The notes under the pieces are model-generated. The model was not told the origin of the DNA and ran no database searches. It was given only the letters and a program-made list of their open reading frames with translations. 64,000 bases of DNA, taken from Longimicrobiales bacterium (lineage in GTDB: Bacteria; Gemmatimonadota; Gemmatimonadetes; Longimicrobiales; Gaopeijiaceae). Made by a program: the position numbers and the translations under genes. The DNA is taken from the NCBI GenBank assembly GCA_965248195.1, contig CBDFIQ010000002.1:256001-320000 (forward strand). Reading direction: 5' to 3'. Each line of letters starts with the position of its first letter. Position 1 is the first letter of the stretch. Of this stretch, positions 1-9,227 are shown piece after piece.

Positions 1-93
1 GATGGAAAGCGAGAGGACGTGGCCAGCGTGCTCGCGCGTGCGGGACTCGAAGCGATAAAGACTCCTTCCGTCTACAGCGTCGGCGGTCATTGA
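1..93 (+). CDS. 3' end of an unidentified upstream gene (partial)
   Basis: Frame 1 is open from the window edge (DGKREDVASVLARAGLEAIKTPSVYSVGGH) to TGA at 91-93. Confidence 0.4.
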   Translation, partial: DGKREDVASVLARAGLEAIKTPSVYSVGGH

Positions 94-172
94 CGCTAAC
101 GGGGCCGGCCATCATTGACGCTAACGGGGCCGGCCATCGTTGACGCTAACGGGGCCGGCTGTCGTTGACGCT
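87..172. repeat. 25-bp tandem repeat, about 3.4 copies
   Basis: Unit TCATTGACGCTAACGGGGCCGGCCA; TGACGCT recurs at 91, 116, 141 and 166. Confidence 0.95.
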
Positions 173-193
173 GCATCCCCTCGGTTCTACCTT
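165..193 (+). promoter_or_regulatory. putative sigma70-type promoter upstream of purA
   Basis: TTGACG (165-170), 17-nt spacer, TACCTT (188-193). Confidence 0.6.
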
Positions 194-216
194 TTCCTAA
201 AGGATGCACCGCCCAG

Positions 217-250
217 AGCCCATTCCCACCGGAATGGGCTTTTTTCTTTT
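217..250 (+). terminator. intrinsic terminator-like hairpin in the purA leader
   Basis: Perfect 10-bp stem AGCCCATTCC/GGAATGGGCT, loop CACC, followed by TTTTTCTTTT. Confidence 0.8.
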
Positions 251-291
251 TATTCAAGGGCCTTTCGGCCTTTTCAACGCGGAATGACGCC

Positions 292-1584
292 GTGTCTGAA
301 GGTAGAAGCTCCGGCAACTGCACGGTCGTGCTGGGTTGCCAGTGGGGCGACGAGGGGAAGGGCAAGATCGTCGACGTCCTCGCCGAGGACGTGCATGTGG
401 TCGCCCGTTACCAGGGTGGGGCCAACGCCGGGCACACCGTCCATGTCCGAGACGATGAATTCATTCTGCACCAGATTCCCTCGGGGATCCTCCACCCGGG
501 AAAGCGGTGTCTCCTGGGCAACGGTGTGGTAATCGACGCACTCGGCTTCGGCGAAGAGTACGACGGCCTGGAGGCTCGCGGTATCGCCCTCGAGGGGCGG
601 GTAGGCGTGAGCCAGAAGGCGCATCTGGTGATGCCTTATCACCGGTTGCTCGACCAGGTTTCGGAGGATCGGGCGGAACAGAAGATAGGGACGACAGGTC
701 GAGGTATCGGACCGGCTTACGAGGAAAAAGCGGGCAGGGGGGGTCTTCGAGTTTCCGATCTCGCCCACCCCGACCGCGTTGCCTCGCTCGTCGAAGAGGG
801 AGTCGAGAGGGCCCGCCGGCGTGCCCGGATGCTGGGGGGAGAGCTCTCTGGCGATATCGGCGCAATGGTCGATGAGGCCTTGCTGGCCGGGGAGCGCCTG
901 CGTGGACTCGCCACGGATACGGGTCTCGAGATCCTGGACGCCGTTCGAAGCGGCAAGGGGGTACTGCTCGAGGGAGCACAGGGTACGGCGCTGGATTTGG
1001 ATCACGGCACCTACCCCTTCGTCACCTCCTCGAACACGACCGCCGGTGGCGCGGCTACGGGCTCGGGGATCGGGCCCACCGCGATCGACGCGGTGATCGG
1101 CGTGGTGAAGGCCTACACTACGCGCGTCGGGAACGGGCCGCTTCCGACGGGATTCGAGCCGGAGATGGATGAAAAATTTCGGGAGTTGGGCGGAGAGTTC
1201 GGCGCGACGACCGGGCGGCCTCGGCGGTGTGGTTGGTTCGACGCCGTGCTCGCCCGTTACGCGGCCCGGGTGAATGGCCTGACGGGATTGGCCGTGACCA
1301 AGTTGGATGTTCTGGATACGGTTCCCGAGATTTCGATCGCCACTGCGTACCGAACACCGAGGGGTGAGCTGCATGAATTCCCCGCCGACACTTGGCAGCT
1401 CGGAGAGGTGGAGCCGATCTACGAGACGCTTCCGGGCTGGGAGGCACCGACTCGGGAGGCCTCCACCTTGGCGGATCTACCGGCGGCAGCCCGCAGTTAC
1501 CTGGATCGCATCGAGGAACTTACCGACACGCCCATTGAGATGGTGTCCGTAGGAACTCGCAGGAGGCAGATCATCAGGGTCTGA
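292..1584 (+). CDS. purA: adenylosuccinate synthetase
   Basis: QWGDEGKGK, RYQGGANAGHT, IGTTGRGIGP, EGAQG, GATTGRPRRCGW motifs; GTG start. Confidence 0.98.
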   Translation: MSEGRSSGNCTVVLGCQWGDEGKGKIVDVLAEDVHVVARYQGGANAGHTVHVRDDEFILHQIPSGILHPGKRCLLGNGVVIDALGFGEEYDGLEARGIALEGRVGVSQKAHLVMPYHRLLDQVSEDRAEQKIGTTGRGIGPAYEEKAGRGGLRVSDLAHPDRVASLVEEGVERARRRARMLGGELSGDIGAMVDEALLAGERLRGLATDTGLEILDAVRSGKGVLLEGAQGTALDLDHGTYPFVTSSNTTAGGAATGSGIGPTAIDAVIGVVKAYTTRVGNGPLPTGFEPEMDEKFRELGGEFGATTGRPRRCGWFDAVLARYAARVNGLTGLAVTKLDVLDTVPEISIATAYRTPRGELHEFPADTWQLGEVEPIYETLPGWEAPTREASTLADLPAAARSYLDRIEELTDTPIEMVSVGTRRRQIIRV

Positions 1585-1747
1585 CGTCGACGGCCTCGAC
1601 GATGCACGCCGGTGCCGGGAAAAGGGGGTGCACGATCTACCGTTGCCCCACCCATACTCTTATCTTTTTAAGCTTTGTCGCATCCATTCGCTCGGGCGTC
1701 TGTGGTGAGAGAGTGGGTGGTTTGCCAATGAGGAGGACTGGGCGCCG

Positions 1748-3046
1748 ATGTTCGACGAACTCGGCAACAAGCTGGACAGTGTTCTGGGGAAGTTCCGGCA
1801 GCGGGGCGTCATTACGGAGCCCATGATCCGGGATGGCCTTCGTGAGGTCCGGCGGGTTCTTCTCGAGGCAGACGTCAACTATAAGGTGACGCGGCAGTTT
1901 CTCGAGCGCGTGCAGGAGCGGGCTCTCGGCGAGCAGGTCATCAAATCGGTTTCGCCGGGACAGCAGATCGTCAAGATCGTCCATGACGAGTTGGCGAGTC
2001 TGCTGGGCGAGGGACCGGCAACGCTCGAGTGGGCGTCGTCAGTGCCGACGGTGATTTTGGTCGTGGGCCTGCAGGGTTCGGGTAAGACGACCACAGTGGC
2101 GAAGTTGGCGAAGCGGTTCGCAGGTGAGGGCAGGGCGCCCTTGCTGGCCGCTTGTGACCTGTACCGCCCGGCGGCCGTCGACCAGTTGGCAACGCTCGGG
2201 GAGCAGGTCGGCGTGCCGGTTCACCGGGGCGGCTCGGGTGAAGATCCGGTCGCCGTGGCGAACGCCGCCGTGGCGATCGCACGGCGCGACGGCAGGACCG
2301 TGCTGATTGTGGATACGGCCGGTCGGCTCCAGATCGACGAGCCGATGATGGACGAGCTTCGCCGGCTCAAAGCGGATCTGGCGCCGCAGGAGATCCTGCT
2401 GGTGGCCGACGCCATGACCGGCCAAGAGGCGGTGAATATCGCGGAGGGCTTCGACCAGGCGTTGGGCCTGACCGGTGTGATCCTCACGAAGATGGACGGT
2501 GATGCCCGAGGCGGAGCGGCGCTCTCGATTCGGGGAGTGGTCGGGAAGCCGATCAAGTTCGTGGGCGTGGGCGAGACAGCAGACGATCTGGAGCTGACCG
2601 ACCCGGAGCGCATGGCGGGGCGCATCCTCAAGATGGGGGATGTGGTCGGTTTGGTGGAACGGGCAGAGCGGGCCCTGGACGCTGGAGCGCAGGTAGAGCT
2701 TCAGCAGCAGATGCTCAGGGGACGCTTTACGTTGGAAGACTTCTTGACCGCGATGCGGCAGGTCCAGAAGATGGGTCCGGTGGAGCAGTTGTTGAAGATG
2801 ATTCCGGGTGCGGCCCGGGCGATACCGGACGGGGGAATCGATCCGAAAAGGATGAAGCATGTCGAGGCGATCATCCTCTCGATGACGAAGGCTGAGCGAA
2901 TCGCGCCGGAGATCCTGGACGGATCGAGGAGAGCGCGAATCGCGAAGGGAAGTGGGCGGCCGGTTTCGGAGGTGAATCGACTGCTCAAGCAGTTCAAGGA
3001 GACGCAGAAGTTCATGAAACAGATGAAGGGCATGCTGCCCGTCTGA
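1748..3046 (+). CDS. ffh: signal recognition particle protein
   Basis: GLQGSGKTTT, DTAGR, TKMDGDARGGAALS, M-domain SRRARIAKGSG. Confidence 0.98.
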   Translation: MFDELGNKLDSVLGKFRQRGVITEPMIRDGLREVRRVLLEADVNYKVTRQFLERVQERALGEQVIKSVSPGQQIVKIVHDELASLLGEGPATLEWASSVPTVILVVGLQGSGKTTTVAKLAKRFAGEGRAPLLAACDLYRPAAVDQLATLGEQVGVPVHRGGSGEDPVAVANAAVAIARRDGRTVLIVDTAGRLQIDEPMMDELRRLKADLAPQEILLVADAMTGQEAVNIAEGFDQALGLTGVILTKMDGDARGGAALSIRGVVGKPIKFVGVGETADDLELTDPERMAGRILKMGDVVGLVERAERALDAGAQVELQQQMLRGRFTLEDFLTAMRQVQKMGPVEQLLKMIPGAARAIPDGGIDPKRMKHVEAIILSMTKAERIAPEILDGSRRARIAKGSGRPVSEVNRLLKQFKETQKFMKQMKGMLPV

Positions 3047-3101
3047 TCACGTGGAAAACCGCCGGATGGACTGGCGACAAAGGACGAACTGGAAAGCGCA
3101 T

Positions 3102-4208
3102 ATGTCCGTAAGAATTCGACTTCGCCGTATGGGCCGGAAAAAGCTGGCTCATTATCGCATCGTAGTGGCCGACTCCGCGGCACCGCGGGATGGTCGCTTC
3201 GTGGAGACTCTCGGGTATTACAAGCCCCTGACGAGCCCGGCGCGCCTTGTCGTGGACCTGGAGAAGGCCGATGAGTGGATCGGCAAGGGTGCCGAGCAGT
3301 CCGACACGATCCGCACGCTACTGAACAAGGCTCGCAAGGGCGGGGATAGCAAGGTCGCGGTTGGCGAGATCGATCCCGAGGAGGCGAAGGCCGCCAAGGC
3401 CGCCGCCGTGGAGGAACGCCGCAAGGCCGAGGCGAAAGCCCGCGAGGCGGCGGCCGCTGCAGCGGTTGCCCAGGAAGCGGCGACCGCAGCTGCGGCTGAG
3501 GTGGAGGCTGAAGAGGTTGCCGAGGCTGAGCCCGAAGCAGAGGCTGCCCAGGAGGAGCCCGCTGCGGAAGAGGAAGCTGAGCCCGAAGCAGAGGCTGCCC
3601 AGGAGGAGCCCGCTGCGGAAGAGGAAGCTGAGCCCGAAGCAGAGGCCGCCGAAGAGGAGCCCACAGCTGAAGAAGAAGCTGAGCCCGAAGCGGAGGCTGC
3701 CGAAGAGGAGCCCGCAGCGGAAGCAGAGGCTGAGCCCGGAGCGAAGCCTGCCGAGGAGGAGCCCGCAGCGGAAGAAGAAGCTGAGCCCGAAGCGGAGGCT
3801 GCCGAAGAGGAGCCCGCAGCTGAAGCAGAGGCTGAGCCCGAAGCGGAGGCTGCCGAAGAGGAGCCCGCCGCTGAAGCGGAAGCTGAGCCTGAAGCGGAGG
3901 CTGCCGAGGAGGAGCCCGCCGCTGAAGCAGAGGCTGAGCCTGAAGCGGAGGCTGCCGAGGAGGAGCCCGCAGCTGAAGCAGAGGCTGAGCCTGAAGCGGA
4001 GGCTGCCGAGGAGGAGCCCGCAGCTGAAGCAGAGGCTGAGCCCAAAGCGGAGGCTGCCAAGGAGAAGCCCGCCGCCAAAGCAGCAGCTAAGCCCAAAGCG
4101 AAGGCCGCCAAGGAGAAGCCCGCCGCCAAAGCAGCAGCTAAGCCCAAAGCGAAGGCTGCAAAAAAGAAGAAGCCCGCTGCCAAGAAAAAGGAAAAAAAGT
4201 CGAAGTAA
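3102..4208 (+). CDS. rpsP: 30S ribosomal protein S16 with a very long low-complexity C-terminal extension
   Basis: MSVRIRLRRMGRKK..YRIVVADS..PRDGRFVETLGYY; ffh-rpsP-rimM-trmD-rplS synteny; start moved to ATG 3102. Confidence 0.96.
   Translation: MSVRIRLRRMGRKKLAHYRIVVADSAAPRDGRFVETLGYYKPLTSPARLVVDLEKADEWIGKGAEQSDTIRTLLNKARKGGDSKVAVGEIDPEEAKAAKAAAVEERRKAEAKAREAAAAAAVAQEAATAAAAEVEAEEVAEAEPEAEAAQEEPAAEEEAEPEAEAAQEEPAAEEEAEPEAEAAEEEPTAEEEAEPEAEAAEEEPAAEAEAEPGAKPAEEEPAAEEEAEPEAEAAEEEPAAEAEAEPEAEAAEEEPAAEAEAEPEAEAAEEEPAAEAEAEPEAEAAEEEPAAEAEAEPEAEAAEEEPAAEAEAEPKAEAAKEKPAAKAAAKPKAKAAKEKPAAKAAAKPKAKAAKKKKPAAKKKEKKSK
3522..4184 (+). repeat. 51-bp (17-aa) coding tandem repeat, about 13 units
   Basis: EAEPEAEAAEEEPAAE[A/E] repeated at a 51-nt period; the last three units are Lys-substituted. 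Confidence 0.95.
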
Positions 4209-4226
4209 CTCCTCGCACGCACCGTC

Positions 4227-4769
4227 ATGGGTAAGACCCAAGCGCCGAAGAATTTGGTCGTGGGGCACCTCAACAAGGCCCACGGCACCAAGGGCGAGAT
4301 CTTCATCTGGCCCCTGACTGACCACCCCGAGAGCACGTTCGCTCCCGGGGTGGATCTGTACCTGGGTGACGCGAACGGCGATCTGCCGACCGACCCACTG
4401 ACGCTGCGGGTCGAGTCGAGTCGAGCGTATCGCCGTGGGTTCCTGGTTCGTTTCGCGGGGGTCCACGACCGAAGTGGAGTGGATGGCCTTCTGGACCGGT
4501 ACGTCATGCGCGCCATGGAACAGATCGAAGAGTTGGCTGAGGGTGAGACCTTCTACCACCAACTCCTGGGCATGGAGGTCGTCACCGTCGAGGGTGAGCA
4601 GGTGGGAGAGGTCGTCGAGATCTACGAGTTGAGGCCAGCGGACCTCTTGGAGATCCGGGGTCCGGAGAAGACCTTCATGATCCCGTATATCTCGGAGATG
4701 ATCCAGTCGGTGAGCGTGGCGGACAACCGGATCGTGCTCGACCCGCCTCCGGGCCTCTTGGAGGTGTAA
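4227..4769 (+). CDS. rimM: 16S rRNA processing protein RimM
   Basis: VGHLNKAHGTKGE, FYHQLLGMEVVT, MIPY..., DPPPGLLE; synteny. Confidence 0.95.
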   Translation: MGKTQAPKNLVVGHLNKAHGTKGEIFIWPLTDHPESTFAPGVDLYLGDANGDLPTDPLTLRVESSRAYRRGFLVRFAGVHDRSGVDGLLDRYVMRAMEQIEELAEGETFYHQLLGMEVVTVEGEQVGEVVEIYELRPADLLEIRGPEKTFMIPYISEMIQSVSVADNRIVLDPPPGLLEV

Positions 4770-4770
4770 C

Positions 4771-5448
4771 TTGGGCGGCCACGATCCGATCACGATCAAC
4801 ATCGTCACGATTTTTCCCGAATTCTTCGAGACGCCGTTGGCGACGAGTATCCCTGGGCGTGCGGCCGAAAAGGGGCTCGTGCGTTATCGGGTGGTGGACC
4901 TTCGAGCGTTCACGACGGATCGGCACCAGACGGTGGACGACATACCGTACGGAGGGGGGGCGGGAATGGTCCTGAAGCCTGAACCCTTCTTCGAGGCGGT
5001 CGACAGCCTGGCCACGAAAGGCCCGGTCGTGCTCCTTTCCGCGCGTGGAAAGATCTTCAGCCATCAGGATGCGGTGCGGTACGCCGTGCAGCCGGACCTC
5101 ACGCTGCTCTGCGGCCATTACAAGGATGTCGACCAACGGGTCGCCGACCACCTTGCCACGGAGGAGATCTCACTCGGCCGCTTTGTGCTGTCTGGGGGAG
5201 AGATCGGGGCACTCGCGGTCGCGGACTCGGTGGTCCGACTCCTTCCCGGAGCGATGGGCGACCATGACTCGGCGGCGACGGACTCTTTTTACGACGGTGC
5301 CTCTCTCAGTGCTCCATCCTTCACGCGCCCACCGGAGTACCGAGGACACGCGGTCCCGGAGGTCCTTCGCACCGGGGATCACCGGAAAATTGAAAAGTGG
5401 CGAGAGGCGGAAGCGAGGCGCCGGACGGCGGAGCGGGAGGGCGAGTAA
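4771..5448 (+). CDS. trmD: tRNA (guanine37-N1)-methyltransferase
   Basis: TIFPEFF, VDDIPYGGGAGMVLKPEP, FVLSGGE, FTRPPEYRG; TTG start uncertain. Confidence 0.96.
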   Translation: MGGHDPITINIVTIFPEFFETPLATSIPGRAAEKGLVRYRVVDLRAFTTDRHQTVDDIPYGGGAGMVLKPEPFFEAVDSLATKGPVVLLSARGKIFSHQDAVRYAVQPDLTLLCGHYKDVDQRVADHLATEEISLGRFVLSGGEIGALAVADSVVRLLPGAMGDHDSAATDSFYDGASLSAPSFTRPPEYRGHAVPEVLRTGDHRKIEKWREAEARRRTAEREGE

Positions 5449-5467
5449 CCCCCTCCCGCACGTCCTC

Positions 5468-5496
5468 TTCACCGGTCGTCGGACGTCGATTATCTT
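5468..5496 (+). promoter_or_regulatory. possible internal promoter for rplS
   Basis: TTCACC-N17-TATCTT about 50 nt upstream of rplS. Confidence 0.4.
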
Positions 5497-5544
5497 ATAG
5501 GCTACCGACGAACGGGACGTTCGCCTGAACCACAAGGACATGAC

Positions 5545-5895
5545 ATGTCTGATCTTATCCAAGAGCTCGAGAAGGCGGAGTTTAGGGACGACTCCCCCGA
5601 CTTTGCTCCCGGTGATACGGTTCGGGTGCTCTATAACGTCCGAGAGGGCACCAAGGAGCGCATTCAGGCCTTCGAGGGCGTCTGCATCGGGCGCCGGGGC
5701 GGTGGAATGGGTGAAACGTTCACGGTACGGAAGATTTCCAGCGGGATCGGCGTCGAGCGCGTGTTCCCGCTTCACGCGCCGACTGTCACGGGAGTCGAGG
5801 TCGTCCGTCGCGGGCGCGTACGACGTGCCAAGCTCTACTACATGAGAGGCCTGCGAGGCAAGGCGGCACGCATCCGGGAGAAGCGGACCACCTAG
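5545..5895 (+). CDS. rplS: 50S ribosomal protein L19
   Basis: [44 protein letters not shown]. Confidence 0.98.
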   Translation: MSDLIQELEKAEFRDDSPDFAPGDTVRVLYNVREGTKERIQAFEGVCIGRRGGGMGETFTVRKISSGIGVERVFPLHAPTVTGVEVVRRGRVRRAKLYYMRGLRGKAARIREKRTT

Positions 5896-5912
5896 GAACA
5901 CGACCTAATACG

Positions 5913-6569
5913 ATGAGCGCACCGGCCCAGTCGCCGGACCACGCGGAAAACGAACGGCTTCAAGACCCCCTCGAGTACGAGAGGCGGTTCTGGAGCCGAG
6001 GTCTTTTGGGGGTAGCCGGCGTCGATGAGGTCGGGCGCGGCCCCCTCGCCGGGCCGGTGGTCGCGGCCGCGGTCGTCCTACCCGAAGGCATGAGGATCGA
6101 GGGGGCTACCGACTCCAAGGCGCTCGGTCATGCGGAGCGGGAGAAACTCTCCGCATTGATCCTGGCCCATGCCCAGGCCGTTACCCTTGGGGCAGCCTCA
6201 GTTCGGGAAATCGACTGTGCCAACATCCTCGTGGCGACCGCATGGGCCGTGAACCGTGCGCTCGAAAGGTTGCCTCGCAAGCCGGATCACGTTGTCGTGG
6301 ATGGCCTTCCGATGAAGTCACTTCGGTGGATGCACGAAGCGGTGGTCGGGGGAGACGCCACAGTGCACTCGGTGGCGTGCGCTTCCATTGTGGCGAAGGT
6401 CTGCCGGGATCGGCTCATGGCCAAACTGGCGATTCGATATCCCGGGTATGGATGGGATCACAACATGGGCTACGGGACCAAGGAGCACCGGGCCGCCCTA
6501 GAGCGGCTGGGAGCCACACCGCACCACCGGCAGACATTCCTGGGTTTACAGTACGCGATGGAGCTGTAG
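5913..6569 (+). CDS. rnhB: ribonuclease HII
   Basis: GVDEVGRGPLAGPV, DSK, ASIVAKV.RD, GYGT..H; follows rplS. Confidence 0.96.
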   Translation: MSAPAQSPDHAENERLQDPLEYERRFWSRGLLGVAGVDEVGRGPLAGPVVAAAVVLPEGMRIEGATDSKALGHAEREKLSALILAHAQAVTLGAASVREIDCANILVATAWAVNRALERLPRKPDHVVVDGLPMKSLRWMHEAVVGGDATVHSVACASIVAKVCRDRLMAKLAIRYPGYGWDHNMGYGTKEHRAALERLGATPHHRQTFLGLQYAMEL

Positions 6570-6639
6570 TAGGGGGCGGCCACGAGCCCTGGCTCGCGTA
6601 CGGTGATCCAGAGCCCGTCTGACGAGCTATCGGAAACGC

Positions 6640-6675
6640 AGAAGGGGCGGTCCTCGCCTTGAGGCCGCCCCTTCT
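6640..6675. terminator. hairpin between convergent genes
   Basis: AGAAGGGGCGG-T-CCTC..GAGG-CCGCCCCTTCT stem; weak U-tract. Confidence 0.6.
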
Positions 6676-6701
6676 AGCACGTGTGGTTGAAGACGCCGTT
6701 C

Positions 6702-8399
6702 TTAACTAACCCCTTCCTCTACCCCGGCGACCTCTGTTACGCGATCATCATCGTCGTCATCATCGTCCTCGTCATCATCGTCGTCATCAATGTCATTATC
6801 GCCATCATCATCGTCATCATCGTCGTCATCGTCGTGACATTCACCGCCGCAGCGGGAGCCGTAATATAGCCTCCGGTCCAGTTGAATCGACGCCACGCTG
6901 ATGTCGGAACCGAGCCACAGGGAGAACTCGACGGGATTGCTGAAGTTCACCGTATGCAGATCGGAGCTGTACGGACCCCTCGCCTGAATCTTGAAACGAC
7001 CGTCATCGTGAAGGTCCATCCTCTGGACACCCGATGCGCGCCGGGAAGCTTTGAACTGCCACTTGTGGTCTTTTCGAACGAAGGAGTCGGCCGAAATCAC
7101 CCCTTCGACTCCCGCGAACGTGACGGTCAGGTCCTCGTAATCCGGATCGAAGCGCTCGAGCAGGCTGAGCGGGAGCCTGCCGTCTACATCGTAGGTATCT
7201 TTTCCGCGTCTCCTCCGCCTGTCCAACTTGACGGTGGCCTGGTGGATCGTCAGGGGATAGACGACGGTGACCTGCGCCGTGCCCATACCGGACGCAGTGC
7301 CATCGTTTACCGTAACCCTAACCGTGAAGGGTCCGGATCCGTTGCCAGAGTATACGTGAGAAAGCTCGAAGCTCCTGGCGTCGAGCGACCGCATCTCGAC
7401 TGGACTGTCATCACCATAGTTGATCGTAGCGTCCCACGATTCTGAGTCGTCGTCGGTGAAAGAGACGGAGGTCACGAAGACGTCGCCCTCCTCAATGACG
7501 TCACCTGTAATCTCGTTAAGGTTCGGAGCCGCGTTGTTGCACCTGCCGTTTTCGAAGATGTTCCGAAGCTCGGGCTCGCCCAACGCGCTGCCAAAGATCT
7601 CCACTTCGTCGATCAGTCCGTGAAAGCCCCGCGGCCATCCGGCGGCACGAGCGAACTCAGCGGTGCTACCGATGACGACCGAACCCCCGCCGTACACTGG
7701 CGTGCCGCCCGCCGCTTCGGCCACCTCGGCTCCATTGACGTAGAGTCTCGACGTCGAGCCGTCGACCGTGAGGGCTATGTGCACCCACTCGTCTGCAACA
7801 GAGGCCACTCCGTTCTCCAAACGGGACAGGACACCACCGAGGTTCACTCCAGCTTTGATAATGCCCGCCCCGTTCCACCAGATGGAGTAGGAAATTCCCT
7901 CGTTGATGCGATCGTTGATGGCTTTCTGGATGAGCACATTTCCGTAAGCGTCGTCGGCGTTCTGGCCGTCCCCGGTGCGCCTGGCCCACAGGTCGATCGT
8001 AAACTCCGCAGGCTGGAGATCGACGGCGTCCGGTATTTCGATGAACTCAGCCTCCCAGGCCCCCGTGATTGGTGTGAAGCTGAATGCCTGACCGACCAGA
8101 CCGCTTTCGAACGTTACGTCGCCGTCGTTGAGTTCGGCGGTTCGCCAACCGTTCACGGAGTTGAAGCCGATGTTGTTGGCGGCGTCGAGGGGCCCCGCAA
8201 TGTCGTCGAACGTGCCGTCGCCCGGCCACCGTGAAATCAGATCGGGTACGACGCAAGCTCCAGTCGTGCCCAGGGTCAGGGGCGGCGCTGCCTGGAATTC
8301 AACTACAGGAGCGGCGACCGAGGTGATGGATTGCTCGCACGCGACGAGCGCGAGGGTGAGGACAGCAGGAACTACCTGCCAACAGTTCCTCTTGATCAT
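6702..8399 (-). CDS. lipoprotein with LamG/concanavalin-A-like domain, PKD-like domain and poly-Asp tail
   Basis: Lipobox LALVAC; LamG motifs FTIDLW..WVHIALTVDG..LYVNG..FHGLIDEV; PKD-like INYGD..HVY..VRVTVND; GGAGG RBS. Confidence 0.85.
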   Translation of the reverse strand: MIKRNCWQVVPAVLTLALVACEQSITSVAAPVVEFQAAPPLTLGTTGACVVPDLISRWPGDGTFDDIAGPLDAANNIGFNSVNGWRTAELNDGDVTFESGLVGQAFSFTPITGAWEAEFIEIPDAVDLQPAEFTIDLWARRTGDGQNADDAYGNVLIQKAINDRINEGISYSIWWNGAGIIKAGVNLGGVLSRLENGVASVADEWVHIALTVDGSTSRLYVNGAEVAEAAGGTPVYGGGSVVIGSTAEFARAAGWPRGFHGLIDEVEIFGSALGEPELRNIFENGRCNNAAPNLNEITGDVIEEGDVFVTSVSFTDDDSESWDATINYGDDSPVEMRSLDARSFELSHVYSGNGSGPFTVRVTVNDGTASGMGTAQVTVVYPLTIHQATVKLDRRRRRGKDTYDVDGRLPLSLLERFDPDYEDLTVTFAGVEGVISADSFVRKDHKWQFKASRRASGVQRMDLHDDGRFKIQARGPYSSDLHTVNFSNPVEFSLWLGSDISVASIQLDRRLYYGSRCGGECHDDDDDDDDDDGDNDIDDDDDDEDDDDDDDDRVTEVAGVEEGVS

Positions 8400-8880
8400 T
8401 TATGCCTCCAAGTACCCGTTGCAAACACATGTTTACGAGGGCGGAGGCGCGCTCCTCTTCATTAACGTTAGGACCAGGATGAAATGTGAGCAATCTTTTT
8501 TTCGCCTGGAAGATGCTCCCGCCACAACGGAGAAGGGGTTTCTACGGACTGGATGGCCCAGAATATCGCTTCACAGTTCGTTTTATAGCCTCCCCTGGCC
8601 GCTGCCGGCTTGACCGATCACAGGCGGGCCGGTCTTGTCGAATCAGAGGAGGAGGCGTTCCGTGCACTCTTGTGGGGGGGAAGTACCGTCCACCGACTGT
8701 AAACATATGTTTCCCAGACGGCGTTAGTGCGACCTGCGCCAGGATCGCTTCGTGGCGATGGTTCCTTCGCTATTGGAGCTGGTGGCGGTAATGCGTGGGG
8801 CAGGTACCGAAAACGAACGCTGGATCAAAGACAAACGAGCCCGTAGAGCTTGCAGGTCGGAGCGACTAGCTTTACCGCCA

Positions 8881-8953
<73 letters not shown>

Positions 8954-8957
8954 CTGG

Positions 8958-8993
8958 GCCGGAAGTCCAGTAAATAAGCGGACTTCCGGCTTT
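8958..8993 (+). terminator. hairpin after tRNA-Lys, repeated after each att copy
   Basis: GCCGGAAGTCC..GGACTTCCGGC-TTT; variants at 13429-13465 and 19921-19958. Confidence 0.75.
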
Positions 8994-9109
8994 CGTGTGT
9001 CTGTGAGTTAGGTGCGAAAATGGGGCTTTGGTACCCCAAGTGGTACCCCAAAAACTCGGGTTACCTGGCGGGAACTCAGCGGATGGGAGGGGAACTCCGA
9101 GTGTCTGGA

Positions 9110-9217
9110 CGCACGAAGGAGTCGAGCGCTCGAGCCTGGCGACGACCGCGACCGCAGCAATACGCGGGTTAGGCGGGCGCGCGGATTCGATTCCGCCCCC
9201 ATCAAGTTGACAATGCC
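9110..9217 (+). mobile_element. IS6-family right-end remnant
   Basis: CAAGTTGACAATGCC (9203-9217) matches the IS6 IR at 16888-16902; upstream degenerate ..RSRALE..TTATAA resembles the transposase C-terminus RARSFKDWSAATAA. Confidence 0.6.
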
Positions 9218-9227
9218 ATTTGTCGCG

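Noticed and set aside
87..172. 25-bp repeats as a CRISPR array
   Set aside because: Units are contiguous with no spacers, and no cas genes are present.
3218..4808. Long antisense and alternative-frame ORFs over rpsP-rimM
   Set aside because: Shadows of the low-complexity S16 repeat in GC-rich DNA.
9172..9203. GCGGATTCGATTCCGCCCCC as a tRNA or tmRNA T-arm
   Set aside because: No acceptor stem or remaining structure; it lies inside an IS6 end remnant.
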